DNA from: a virus
DNA length: 64,000 nucleotides
Reading direction: 5' to 3' (one strand)
IMG/VR virus record: IMGVR_UViG_3300034071_001657
Notes under the pieces: generated by a model
What the model saw: the letters and a program-made list of their open reading frames with translations, nothing else
Databases searched by the model: none
What the model was told of the DNA's origin: nothing
Shown: positions 43,605 through 53,460 of the stretch, in pieces
Position numbering within the stretch: the stretch's first letter is position 1
Layout: every line of letters begins with the position of its first letter
Position numbers and translations under genes: made by a program

Positions 43605-45836
43605 TTATTTCTCAGATATTTCTGGATTAATTTCTATTGGCTCTTTTTTACCGCTAAGAACCTCACCCTTTTTATGATTTTTTTCTTTGCCATTTACTTC
43701 TTTATCTTCTTTTTCTTTTTTCTCAGAAACAAGTTTCTTAAACTTGTCAGAAAAACTTTCTGGTTCTTCATTCACAGAGACATTGCCAACTGTCTTCATT
43801 TTAATTTTGGTTTTAACACCTGCTTTGGCAAAAGCTTTTTCAAACTTTTTAGCTAAAGGCTCGCCGCCTTGTTTAAACTCTTGATATTCATCAAGAGTTT
43901 CTTCGCCAAATTTTTGTTTGTTATCAAGTCTGTCAGCAGGTCTTTTGCCTTGTCCGAGTTTGGTGTCTTTTGGACCAACTTCTTCTGGACCAACTTTCTC
44001 TAGATCACCTGGGTCTTTTATCTGGGCCAAATAGCTTTTTTTGACCATCTCTTTTTCTGTTCCTGCTTTTGGTTCGATGACTTTGAGTTCACTCATTCTC
44101 TCACGCTTCTTGGCAGCAGTTTCTTTACCAGATTTAGTAAAGCCGAATTTGGCATACTTTCCTGCGGCTAGGTCAGCAGCATAAGAACCTTCTGGTGGTT
44201 TGCCTGGTTTTTTATCTTTTTTTGGCGTGACAATTCCTTCACCTTCCACTACAACTTCTTCATTTTTTGGCACACAATTAGGCACCATCTTACCATTCTT
44301 TTTCTTCATGCCTTCCTGTTTATGCGTGTCCCAACAAGCTTCATCAACTTCAACTTCTTCTTTCTGTGGTGCACTCTGTGCTTTGCCTTTAATCAATCTG
44401 CCTTTTGCTTGTATTGCCGCAAATCTTGCTGCCTTATCGTTGTGACCAGGCATAAGGCTTGTCGTTGGCACTTTACCTTCAGGCGCTTTGCGTTCATTCT
44501 CGGGGTTATCATAGCCTTTGCCTTTGATAACTCTTTCGTCAAGCTCTTCAATGTCAATCTCTTCATTTTGAAGTTCGCCAACTTTTTTCTTATGAGTTAC
44601 TGCACCATATTTGTCCTTTACTTTAATATGTGCAACGTCACCTTCGATCTTGTGAACGGTTCCAGACTTCTTAACTTTTTTTCCTGGAGCAGATGACATT
44701 TCATGGTCAAAACTAACCTTATCGCCTATTTTTACTTCATCCAATTGAACTTCTTCGCTGTACATATTCAATTCGTAACGCTTGTTGTCAAGGTTTGCGA
44801 CTTGTACTTGAATTGCTTTCTTGCCAGTCTTGTCTAACAAACGATAAGCATTTGTTTTACCTGAAGATGGCTTCTTAGGTCCCATTGCAACTTTACGATC
44901 AATCTCTTCTGGATCAACTTCAATACCATACTTGTTCTTTGCAAAGTCATATGCATGTGCCATTGCTGAAGAAAAGTCTTTGTGATATAGATTGTATCCT
45001 GTGCTAGACTTACCTTCTTCAAGTTCAATTTCTTTTACGGGACCTAAATCGTCACTCTCGATAATTTCTACTTCTTCACCTTGAAGTTCTTTCTGTGTTG
45101 CACCAGCTTTTCTAGCAGCCTCAGCATCTTTAGGACTCTTAGTCTTATGATATTTAGCGAGCAATTCTTTTCTTGTGCCACCTTGACTTTTTGCATTGTA
45201 ATCTGTGACACCAGTTGCTTCATCAACAACAACTTCTTCATTCTTCATGCGATTGACACGATTTCTTGCAAGCCCAGAAACAAACTTGATTCCCGCATCG
45301 GCAAGAGTCTGCAAGTCTTTCTTGTCCATCTTGTCAAGCATGGCAATCAACTTTTTGTAGCTGTCGCTCGATGGATCGATGCCACTAATCTTACCATATT
45401 CTGCTTTCAACTTAGCGACCATTGCTGGAGAAAAAGCTTCCTCTAAAAAAGAATCGTCGAATTCTTCTTTGACGTTGGACTTTTGACTTCTAAGGGCGTC
45501 CATTTCTTTTGCGTGTTTCTCTTTTGTGTCTGCAATTTTTTGTGAGATTGCCGCGCGTTTCTTTTGAGCCGCAATATTTTTAGTTGATGAAACGCTTGTT
45601 CCGCCACCAGATTCTTCTTCAAGATCGACTTCTTCATTTTTTGCCTGATGCAGTGCATCGACTTCTTTGAAGAATTTTTTCTTTTGTTCAGGCGTCAATT
45701 CTCCAAGAGACTTGATACCTTTCTTTGCCATGTGTGCGCGAACTTTAGCTTGAAACTCATTTTCTTCTTTTTGAACTTCTTTAATTGCCTCAAGCAAAGA
45801 GGGCGAAATATTAAATAGACTTGACATAGTTCTCAT
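43605..45836 (-). CDS. large modular internal-head-like protein with repeated EEVx(L/V/I)(D/E)E linkers
   Basis: about 10 acidic linkers separating short basic modules. Confidence 0.65.
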   Translation of the reverse strand: MRTMSSLFNISPSLLEAIKEVQKEENEFQAKVRAHMAKKGIKSLGELTPEQKKKFFKEVDALHQAKNEEVDLEEESGGGTSVSSTKNIAAQKKRAAISQKIADTKEKHAKEMDALRSQKSNVKEEFDDSFLEEAFSPAMVAKLKAEYGKISGIDPSSDSYKKLIAMLDKMDKKDLQTLADAGIKFVSGLARNRVNRMKNEEVVVDEATGVTDYNAKSQGGTRKELLAKYHKTKSPKDAEAARKAGATQKELQGEEVEIIESDDLGPVKEIELEEGKSSTGYNLYHKDFSSAMAHAYDFAKNKYGIEVDPEEIDRKVAMGPKKPSSGKTNAYRLLDKTGKKAIQVQVANLDNKRYELNMYSEEVQLDEVKIGDKVSFDHEMSSAPGKKVKKSGTVHKIEGDVAHIKVKDKYGAVTHKKKVGELQNEEIDIEELDERVIKGKGYDNPENERKAPEGKVPTTSLMPGHNDKAARFAAIQAKGRLIKGKAQSAPQKEEVEVDEACWDTHKQEGMKKKNGKMVPNCVPKNEEVVVEGEGIVTPKKDKKPGKPPEGSYAADLAAGKYAKFGFTKSGKETAAKKRERMSELKVIEPKAGTEKEMVKKSYLAQIKDPGDLEKVGPEEVGPKDTKLGQGKRPADRLDNKQKFGEETLDEYQEFKQGGEPLAKKFEKAFAKAGVKTKIKMKTVGNVSVNEEPESFSDKFKKLVSEKKEKEDKEVNGKEKNHKKGEVLSGKKEPIEINPEISEK

Positions 45837-45837
45837 G

Positions 45838-46110
45838 TTACTCTCCTGTTTCTTTTATTCTTAAAATTAAATTACCGTTACCTTTTAAAATTCTGTGATA
45901 GTCACCAGCTTTTATTTTATAAACCTTATTCTCTTCTAGAGAGATTGGTAGTCTATTATCATACTGTAACTTCCAATCTCTTCCTTCTAATATTACTATC
46001 TCTCTATCTTTTCTGTCTCTGTGCCAGATTAATTCTTCTTCGTTTACGTTTGAATCAAAGACTCTAATGAATTCGTTCTTTGATTGCCTATTGTCAGAAT
46101 AAGGTTTCAT
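45838..46110 (-). CDS. small cupin-like protein
   Basis: LIWHRD..DR...W.LQ...YHRILKG. Confidence 0.6.
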   Translation of the reverse strand: MKPYSDNRQSKNEFIRVFDSNVNEEELIWHRDRKDREIVILEGRDWKLQYDNRLPISLEENKVYKIKAGDYHRILKGNGNLILRIKETGE

Positions 46111-46113
46111 ATT

Positions 46114-49100
46114 TTACCAGAAGAAATTACCACCACCAGAAAGTCCTAATTGCTTTGCGTATCTTGGCGTGTTGCATGCCCAGTATGCAGCAGAGGTTCT
46201 ATCTTTTTGTGTGCTGCATTGATGGCGTGCTGCGAAAGATTTTCTAGCTTCTGGATCATTCATCTTTACTGATAGCCCAGTGGTATCGCCCCATGTAACT
46301 TTCTTAATGTTGCCTGATGATGGGTCTTTTACATAGACATAGAATTTCTTAGGACCACCACGCTTTGGTTGATTGAGCGGTGGATCTTTTTCATCTTCTT
46401 CTTTTAGATGTGCTTTGCTCGAAGGTTTTTTTGCTGAAACAACATACTTGCCTTTAGGATCATCTTTTTTATAGATTTCAAGCCATTTGTCTTTTGTCTC
46501 ATCAGTTACATCACGCTCGATTTTCCACAAGCCAGAAACAGGATTGTATTTCCAAATGTTCAGCCCTTCATCCAAATCATCTATCTCGTCTTCGTATTCT
46601 TCCATCATTGCTGCAAGTTTTCTTGCATCTACGTGCTTGAAGCTCTTAGCAACTTGAGCAGCATAATAGGTGACGTTGTGCGCTGATTTACCTTCAGAAT
46701 TTTTTCTTGTCACAATATCTTTTAGAGTTTTAAGTGCTTCTTTGTATTCGCCAGAGTGTGCCATCGCACCGATTGTTGCGGCAATTCCTTCATCGATCAT
46801 TGGACAATCTAAAGGAACATATTGTCCCTCATACTCTGCGATTTCACCAATGTCTGTTTCTTCAATTAACATTTTGTCATCAGCAGAGAGTTCTATCTTA
46901 CCTTCAGCGTAAAGTTCTCTAACTCTTTTGTATAGATCGTAGTAGCTTTCTGAGCCAACACGAAATACGTTTTCAGAGAAAGAAACTTTATTATCGACAT
47001 GCCATTCAACTGCTTCATCGATTTCTGTTATTTCTTTTCCTTCTGAAAACAATTTAAATTTTCTTTGAAGATTGATATCATTCATCAATTTTAATGCTGA
47101 ATCAGCAGAATACTTTGCCGTAATGACATCAATGTTTTGTCCTGGTGTGGCTCTCGCGTATGCCATTCTTGCTGCGTCAGTGCCATACTCTAAAGCTTCT
47201 ACAAACTCAGAGAATGCTTCATTGGTTTCTTTTTTGCCACCTTTGACTTTTGCTGCAAGATCGCTATCAGCACCACCCCATGTTCCTTTGCCTTTAGTGA
47301 TGAATGAATTCACTCTAGCGTAAGCCCACTGTTGTGGCGTTGTGCCTGGACGATGACCACCTTTCCATGCTGCCATTCCGCGATTGTAAACTTGTTTGAG
47401 AATGCCATATGGTATGCCAGACTTCTCTGCTTTCTTCTTCAGGCCATCCATTTCTTCAAAGAGATCCATAAATTCTTCTTTGAGGTCACCAAAGTCTTCT
47501 GGAGACATATCGGCAATACATTCGTAAACCTCATACTCTGGAAACTCGTAACCTTCCTCTTCTTCGTCTTCCTCTTCTTCACCCTCGTCTTCCATCTCGC
47601 CGTTGTCTTCAGTGTAATACTCTAGATAATCTCTGGCAGTTGCCATGTAATCTGCGGCCAATGTTATCTTAGATAGAACCCACTCTTCTGGTTCTTCTTC
47701 CATGTTTTCCATCATCATTATGATTTCTTCAGTGTCATCGATGAGATTTGATAGCTGAACACGTGCCATGTAAAGACCATCTGATTCTTGATCTTCGTCT
47801 TCTTCAGCCTCTACGATATATGATTCAAATGCATGCACTCTGCGTTCTACTTTAGCAACCCATGCATCGCTTGGTTTACCTTCACCGTCATAGTATTCTA
47901 AAACGCGACCAGTTTTCTTTGAGACAAGTGCCCATTTTTTGTTACCTTCTTTATCAGTAACTTGTTTTAGGGTTTCGTCGATTAACTCAACTTCTTCTTT
48001 TTGAACCTGTGTCTTTGTTAGTCTGAATAAACTGTCGGCAGAAGTTACCATGTCCACTAAAGTATTCAGTAAAGATTGTGTTGCATTTTTTTCTGTCGTG
48101 CTTAAAGTCTCACCCTTATCAATCTTGTCGAGTGATCTTTTAATTGTAGATAGCATAGCTTTATCAGCAAGACCTAGGCGAACTAGTTGCTCTAGTCTGC
48201 CCATTTGTTTCTTGTCTAGTTGTTCACCATACATTTGCTTAAATCTTTTAGTATGCTTTGATTCAGGCATACCCTTTTCTCTAGCTTCTTTGTCGCCTGG
48301 AGCATCTTTGTATGAACTTGGATCGCTATCAGGTTTTTTATCGTGCGCTTTAAAGTGTGCATCTCTGCTTTGCTTTGTATCTTTGTCTAAGCCTTTGTAG
48401 TATTTCGTTGGCTGTGTGCCTTCTCTAGAAGCAACATCTTTGTCCTGTGGCAACTTTGCCTTCTCAAAAAGATTCAAGAATGAATCATTCAAATCAAATT
48501 CTTCTCTTTGTTGAGAAAGGCTTTTCTTTCTCTCTGTCTCTGTTCTTCTAACTCTTGGAAGTAAACGGGAAGCAATCTTGCCAACTGCGGGACGAAGCTT
48601 CTCAATTTTCTTGTCAATCATTTGCTTTTGACCAGCAGACATTGATGCGTAGTCACGACCGCCAGCAAGTCTTCTCTTTAAGAACTTGGTGGCAAGTCTT
48701 CTTGATCGAACATTTAATTTCTTGGCATTTGCAAATCGTTTCATGGCCAACATTCTTGATCTTTGAATCTTAGCTTTCAATCTTCTGATTTGCATTGCAC
48801 GTTTTCTTCTACCCGCCAAAGAGAGAACCTCTTGCAAGTCTGGCAACATTTCAGACGCAAAGATATCATCGATATTTTGTTCTAACGCTTCTGAAATTTT
48901 GGTAAGATTTGATTCTGAATTTTCTTTAATGTTCATACCTTTTCTAACCTCATCGAATAATTTTTTTGCATCTGCATCTGATAGTTTTGATGGCACGCCT
49001 TTTTTAAAATTCTCTAAATCATCTGCTGACGCAAAGCCACGCATCTTTGATGCCGACATACCAGTAACGCCTTCTGCGTCTGGATCACGTTCGCCTGCTG

Positions 49101-49473
49101 AAATGACTTCAATCGACTTAAATTCGTAGTCGCCTTTTCCGTTATACTTCTTAATGATGTTATCAAATTCTTGGACTCTATCGCTACCGACAACCATTAC
49201 AATGTTGTCGTATTTGCCGTTGAGTTCTTCAAGAACCTGAAAAATAACTTTTGCATTTGAGTTCTGCACCATAGGTCCGAATGCCTTCTTGGCAAACTTT
49301 ACCTTTGTTGCATGGTCAAGTGGGTCTTTTTTTGGATTTGTGCTATGAGATAGGTAGAGTTTTGCATCGGCGTTGCGCTTCGATGCTTCCGACTTAATCT
49401 TGTCGGCTAACTTTTCATGCCCATTCGTCATGGGATTCATTCTACCAAATGAGAATACTACTGTTTTTTTCAT
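46114..49473 (-). CDS. cytidyltransferase-like (HxGH) domain fused to multiple phage modules
   Basis: FGRMNPMTNGHEKL, VVGSDRV, SAGERDPDAEGVTGMSASKMR; further modules C-terminal. Confidence 0.85.
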   Translation of the reverse strand: MKKTVVFSFGRMNPMTNGHEKLADKIKSEASKRNADAKLYLSHSTNPKKDPLDHATKVKFAKKAFGPMVQNSNAKVIFQVLEELNGKYDNIVMVVGSDRVQEFDNIIKKYNGKGDYEFKSIEVISAGERDPDAEGVTGMSASKMRGFASADDLENFKKGVPSKLSDADAKKLFDEVRKGMNIKENSESNLTKISEALEQNIDDIFASEMLPDLQEVLSLAGRRKRAMQIRRLKAKIQRSRMLAMKRFANAKKLNVRSRRLATKFLKRRLAGGRDYASMSAGQKQMIDKKIEKLRPAVGKIASRLLPRVRRTETERKKSLSQQREEFDLNDSFLNLFEKAKLPQDKDVASREGTQPTKYYKGLDKDTKQSRDAHFKAHDKKPDSDPSSYKDAPGDKEAREKGMPESKHTKRFKQMYGEQLDKKQMGRLEQLVRLGLADKAMLSTIKRSLDKIDKGETLSTTEKNATQSLLNTLVDMVTSADSLFRLTKTQVQKEEVELIDETLKQVTDKEGNKKWALVSKKTGRVLEYYDGEGKPSDAWVAKVERRVHAFESYIVEAEEDEDQESDGLYMARVQLSNLIDDTEEIIMMMENMEEEPEEWVLSKITLAADYMATARDYLEYYTEDNGEMEDEGEEEEDEEEEGYEFPEYEVYECIADMSPEDFGDLKEEFMDLFEEMDGLKKKAEKSGIPYGILKQVYNRGMAAWKGGHRPGTTPQQWAYARVNSFITKGKGTWGGADSDLAAKVKGGKKETNEAFSEFVEALEYGTDAARMAYARATPGQNIDVITAKYSADSALKLMNDINLQRKFKLFSEGKEITEIDEAVEWHVDNKVSFSENVFRVGSESYYDLYKRVRELYAEGKIELSADDKMLIEETDIGEIAEYEGQYVPLDCPMIDEGIAATIGAMAHSGEYKEALKTLKDIVTRKNSEGKSAHNVTYYAAQVAKSFKHVDARKLAAMMEEYEDEIDDLDEGLNIWKYNPVSGLWKIERDVTDETKDKWLEIYKKDDPKGKYVVSAKKPSSKAHLKEEDEKDPPLNQPKRGGPKKFYVYVKDPSSGNIKKVTWGDTTGLSVKMNDPEARKSFAARHQCSTQKDRTSAAYWACNTPRYAKQLGLSGGGNFFW

Positions 49474-49535
49474 GGAGTTTTCCTTAGACTGATCCAAAAC
49501 CGCAGGTTTGTCTTAACCTAACTGCGAGACTATTG

Positions 49536-49543
49536 TATTTATA
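49536..49543 (-). promoter_or_regulatory. T4-type late promoter followed by leader hairpin
   Basis: TATAAATA; CGCAG...CTGCG stem 49501-49526. Confidence 0.75.
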
Positions 49544-50362
49544 TTAAACGCTTCCTTTAGTCTCAATTCTGAAGGCAATTGATGAAATACCGCCTCTAGA
49601 CTTCGCTCTGAGGTCCATTTTGATCTTTGGTTTGAGTTTTTGCACATAAGAATCGTCAATTTCATAGAATCCTGACGGTGAAATGATCGAATTTGCAACC
49701 GCGCCCTTGAATTGACTCAGAGTTTTCTGTCCTGTTAACGCTTCATAGATGATAGCGTCATAATAATCGTTATTTGCTTTCACAAATTTCAGCAATGCGC
49801 CTAGAAGATGCGGCTTATTGTTCTCAAGCCAGTATTCATAACTCTTGTCTTGAATGATTTTACCTTTTTTGATAAACTCATTGATGATTTTTTCGTTACC
49901 TTCAGAGATAATTCTGTCGTAATTTCCCATTGAAAGCAATCTCGTAGGCATTGTCTTGAGTTCTTTGACAATTGAAGACAATACTTTTTTCTGTGCAGGA
50001 TTTTTAAGTGAGTCGGCTGCCGATTCAAACAATTCTGCTGTTGATGCACCTTGTCCAGATGCTAATTGAATGCCGCCTTCCATTTTGACTGACACAAAAT
50101 ACTTCTTACTCTTGGTAAAAATGCAAATGTCTGTCTTTGGTTCAGGTTTTGCATAGATCGATCCTATACCAGGAACGTCTTCGTCCGAATGGTAGATATC
50201 AAAAGTCTTGCCCATCTTTTTGAAGATGTGTTCAACGCATTGTTCCGCTTGCTGTTTGATCTTAGCAGAATACGTCTTGGTTACTGCACGTTGTTTGTTC
50301 AATTTGATGCGCGAATATTCAACAATTGCCCATTCTAAGTCTACGCCTTCTGATGCTGCCAT
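49544..50362 (-). CDS. putative PD-(D/E)xK restriction-endonuclease-like protein
   Basis: E, PKTD, VSVK, QLASG motif. Confidence 0.6.
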   Translation of the reverse strand: MAASEGVDLEWAIVEYSRIKLNKQRAVTKTYSAKIKQQAEQCVEHIFKKMGKTFDIYHSDEDVPGIGSIYAKPEPKTDICIFTKSKKYFVSVKMEGGIQLASGQGASTAELFESAADSLKNPAQKKVLSSIVKELKTMPTRLLSMGNYDRIISEGNEKIINEFIKKGKIIQDKSYEYWLENNKPHLLGALLKFVKANNDYYDAIIYEALTGQKTLSQFKGAVANSIISPSGFYEIDDSYVQKLKPKIKMDLRAKSRGGISSIAFRIETKGSV

Positions 50363-50435
50363 CGGATTTCCTCTTTTCTAGAAATTCTTATTTTTATACA
50401 TAAAAGTGTCCAGCCGGGAACCTCCTAGGTAGGGA

Positions 50436-51743
50436 TTACCTCGTTATTTCTTCCCAATCCATTGAAGCAAGAGCACTAACACTATTTACAGAAGCAGACA
50501 TTGCTATTGTAATAGGTTCTGGAGTGCTTGTTAACCCATTTCGCTGCAATTGAAACTTAAACAACGCTTCTTTAAGAACATCAATTGTTTGTGATGCCTG
50601 GTTAGTAATACCAATATAACCTTGAGCTAATATGGTACCACCACTAATACCTGTCGCAGATGTATCATACTCTACTGAACCATCAGCACTGCCTGGTGTC
50701 CATGATGGACTAGTTAATGTACCATTTCGAATTACTCTCCATGCAACTGAACAGGGGTTACTATTGATTCCAAGAATTGAAAGTGCTGTAAGGATAGCAA
50801 TTCCATCGAGATTCGTTGATTTTAATTGAAGTGATACTATTGGATAGTACGTTCCTGCTGTCGCCAAACTTTTAGGTGTCTGTACTGGTGTACCTATCGC
50901 TTGTTGAGCACCACGCAACTCATAGCCACCTTCAGTTACAACCGATGAACAAATTTGTTTGAGTGTGCTGCCGCCTGAAACTGCGCCCACGTTTTTGATT
51001 TCATATCGTAATGGTAATGATGCTGTTGTGATATATGTTGCATCTACATAGTTTGCATGATGAAATGAATGGCAGTGAATTAGTTGACCATTGATTACAA
51101 ATCCACATCTGACTGAACCTACACCAAGCCACTCGATGTCTGACCAGAAGATTTGCGCCTTTGTTAAATCCAATGTTAACTGTGAGGGGCCTGTACCATC
51201 TAATTTATCATAGTTCCAACTAGACTGAACTGCTGGTGTATCAACAACGGCGCCAGTTACATTAGACCTTTCAACAAAACTAATTGTGTTTCCAGATCGT
51301 TCTAAGAAAATTCCATTGTTTGCACCAAAGTATCCAACACGTTGTCTAAGATTTTCTTTTGGTGCGCCCATAACCATAGTGTTCAGAATGAGCAAGGACT
51401 TACCAGGCTGATAAGACATAACCTTTGTTGTTTCACGAACAACTTCATTGTTAGCATTGCCATTTGTTAAAGTTAGATTGATCAGACCCTCATTCGAAGA
51501 AAAGGCGACTGTTGAGTTTGCGGTGTTTGCTGTAGACCACAATCCATTGTCTTTGTATCTATGTGAAGAATCAAAGAGCGTCAATGGTGTTGACATTCTG
51601 GCTCTACCAAATGCGTCAACTGCAACACCCGTTGGATTTGCTGGACCAACACGATTGCCGTATTGGTCGGCAAGCATCACAACTTCAAAAAGTGTTTTTG
51701 CTTGATCGAGGTATTGATGCGTGTTTTTGTTAAATTGTGCCAT
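50436..51743 (-). CDS. conserved virion structural protein
   Basis: DAFGRARMSTP.TLFD, YQPGKS, DIEWLGVGSVRCGF, QICSSV..EGGY. Confidence 0.7.
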   Translation of the reverse strand: MAQFNKNTHQYLDQAKTLFEVVMLADQYGNRVGPANPTGVAVDAFGRARMSTPLTLFDSSHRYKDNGLWSTANTANSTVAFSSNEGLINLTLTNGNANNEVVRETTKVMSYQPGKSLLILNTMVMGAPKENLRQRVGYFGANNGIFLERSGNTISFVERSNVTGAVVDTPAVQSSWNYDKLDGTGPSQLTLDLTKAQIFWSDIEWLGVGSVRCGFVINGQLIHCHSFHHANYVDATYITTASLPLRYEIKNVGAVSGGSTLKQICSSVVTEGGYELRGAQQAIGTPVQTPKSLATAGTYYPIVSLQLKSTNLDGIAILTALSILGINSNPCSVAWRVIRNGTLTSPSWTPGSADGSVEYDTSATGISGGTILAQGYIGITNQASQTIDVLKEALFKFQLQRNGLTSTPEPITIAMSASVNSVSALASMDWEEITR

Positions 51744-52970
51744 TTATCTTTGCCATCCTTTAATAACGTCTGGTGAAAAATTTGCGTAACTGAATTGCAT
51801 TCTGTCAACTAATTTAACTGCCCTTCCCGATAAATGATCAATGGCAACATATCCTTCTACGCCGGTTACTTCATAGCCTCGATTAGTCTTCAAGAAAGTA
51901 TTTAGGCTTTGCACTTCATCCAGTTTCTTAACAAGAATTAGTTTAGCTTCAGACAGTAAACTCATAATCTTAAAAATATTTTGCAATTGAAGTTTATTGC
52001 CTTTGAAAAATTTCATAGCTTCGGTCTTTTTTGCTGTCCAATCTTTCTTTGCTGCCGGCGTTTTCTTCTTTGATATTTCTGCATCGTAATAATCTTCAAA
52101 GTGTTTGATTAATTCGTTTGTGTGCTTTCTTGCATCTGTGATTTTTACTTTACTTTTAACTTTTGCATTGTTGAAAGCTTTGATACGAACTTTCATATCG
52201 TCATTGTCTCGAATGTGATTCATTACATTTGCATCTGTTTTATAGAAAATTTTTCCTACCTCAGACAAAATGCGTGTGATTTGTTCAGTCTCTTCTCTTG
52301 TTAGCGTGGCTTTACCTGAAACGTCTTTATAATCCACATCAGTGGACCAAACTTTATCAGTTTTCAATAATTTCGTGAGAATATTTCTACCAAATACGGC
52401 TTTCATGTCCTCAAATGACTTGCCTTCATATTGTGTATGCCAAACAACGCCAATTTTTGCTCTTTTTATCTTTTCTGCCAAGTCACTATTGGCTGGAACT
52501 GCATACACAATCGTGTTTGGATGAAATGTGACGTATTCTTCACCATCTATCGTAACAGTTTTTAAGTCTGCTTGAGTAAAAAGCAGGTCTCCTTGAATGA
52601 CGCCATCGATGCCCAGTGCTGGAAGTTCAGCCAGACAAGCTTTAAGTTTGACTGCAAGGTCTCCAGAAGTGTCTGCATCGATTTCCGCATCTGTTTTGTA
52701 GACTTTAGGATTTTTATTGAACACACCTTTCTTCGCAACAAAGAATCTTTTGTCGCTTGGGTCTGTTCCAGCAAAAATAGCAGGAGCACCATCCCATTTA
52801 ACTGTAATGCTGACCTTTTTGTCAGAATTTCCAGCCAACATATCACGCACTGCCCTTAGTGCATTGATGCTGTTTCGTGTGCCTTCGACTCCGCCATTGA
52901 GAACATCATCCTCTGCATGTTCCATGTGCGTGTTTTTTTGCTCTGATATGAATTCTTTAAATTTTATCAT
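51744..52970 (-). CDS. conserved T4-like protein (KWDGAPA, ligase-like nucleotidyltransferase motif) with CTS-like N-terminus
   Basis: MIKFKEFISE, HMEHAED, TVKWDGAPAIF, QGDLLF, EGYV, VKLVDR. Confidence 0.75.
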   Translation of the reverse strand: MIKFKEFISEQKNTHMEHAEDDVLNGGVEGTRNSINALRAVRDMLAGNSDKKVSITVKWDGAPAIFAGTDPSDKRFFVAKKGVFNKNPKVYKTDAEIDADTSGDLAVKLKACLAELPALGIDGVIQGDLLFTQADLKTVTIDGEEYVTFHPNTIVYAVPANSDLAEKIKRAKIGVVWHTQYEGKSFEDMKAVFGRNILTKLLKTDKVWSTDVDYKDVSGKATLTREETEQITRILSEVGKIFYKTDANVMNHIRDNDDMKVRIKAFNNAKVKSKVKITDARKHTNELIKHFEDYYDAEISKKKTPAAKKDWTAKKTEAMKFFKGNKLQLQNIFKIMSLLSEAKLILVKKLDEVQSLNTFLKTNRGYEVTGVEGYVAIDHLSGRAVKLVDRMQFSYANFSPDVIKGWQR

Positions 52971-52977
52971 CTTTGAA

Positions 52978-53012
52978 ATAAAAAAGCCTGTCATGTGACA
53001 GGCCTATTTATA
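52978..53012 (-). terminator. intrinsic terminator overlapped by late promoter TATAAATA
   Basis: TATAAATA(53005-53012)-GGCCTGTCA-CA-TGACAGGC-TTTTTTATT. Confidence 0.75.
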
Positions 53013-53030
53013 ATACTTGAGTGCTTGAAC

Positions 53031-53411
53031 TTAGAGAACTTCGTTCTTGCGGCCCAAACCAGCCGGATTGATGCCTGGCGTCACATAGACTAGATTGCCT
53101 TTGTGCATTGGAGCCACACACTCGGACACTTTTTGTACAATATCTCGATCTTCTTTCGACATTTTGTGAAAGTTTTTCATGATTCCTGTGTTGGTACAGG
53201 CGCCGAGAACCGTGTCCTGCTTGCTAGGGATGCTGGGTGTTTCTCGTCGATATGGTTTTGTCTGAGACATAGACGGACTTTTCTTGATGGTCGTTGGTTT
53301 GCCAGACAAGCTTTTCGGCAGAGATTGCAACCATTGATTGTAAGCCTCTGCTTCTTTCTTGGTCGGCGATTTACGCTTTTTATCAGGTCGAGTTTGGCAA
53401 TAGATTAGCAC
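53031..53411 (-). CDS. conserved basic hypothetical protein
   Basis: PYRRETP.IPS, PMHKGNL. Confidence 0.65.
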   Translation of the reverse strand: MLIYCQTRPDKKRKSPTKKEAEAYNQWLQSLPKSLSGKPTTIKKSPSMSQTKPYRRETPSIPSKQDTVLGACTNTGIMKNFHKMSKEDRDIVQKVSECVAPMHKGNLVYVTPGINPAGLGRKNEVL

Positions 53412-53431
53412 TATGATCTCCTATCTTTACT

Positions 53432-53460
53432 ATGATAGCACAGTTTGTTTGCCTTGTCAA
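53432..53460 (-). promoter_or_regulatory. sigma70 promoter
   Basis: TTGACA-N17-TATCAT. Confidence 0.7.

Noticed and set aside
50380-50435. preQ1-like riboswitch (GGAGGTTC...A-rich tail) upstream of the nuclease-like gene
   Set aside because: P1 would need several G-U pairs, the 3' tail lacks the expected pairing motif, and there is no queuosine gene context.
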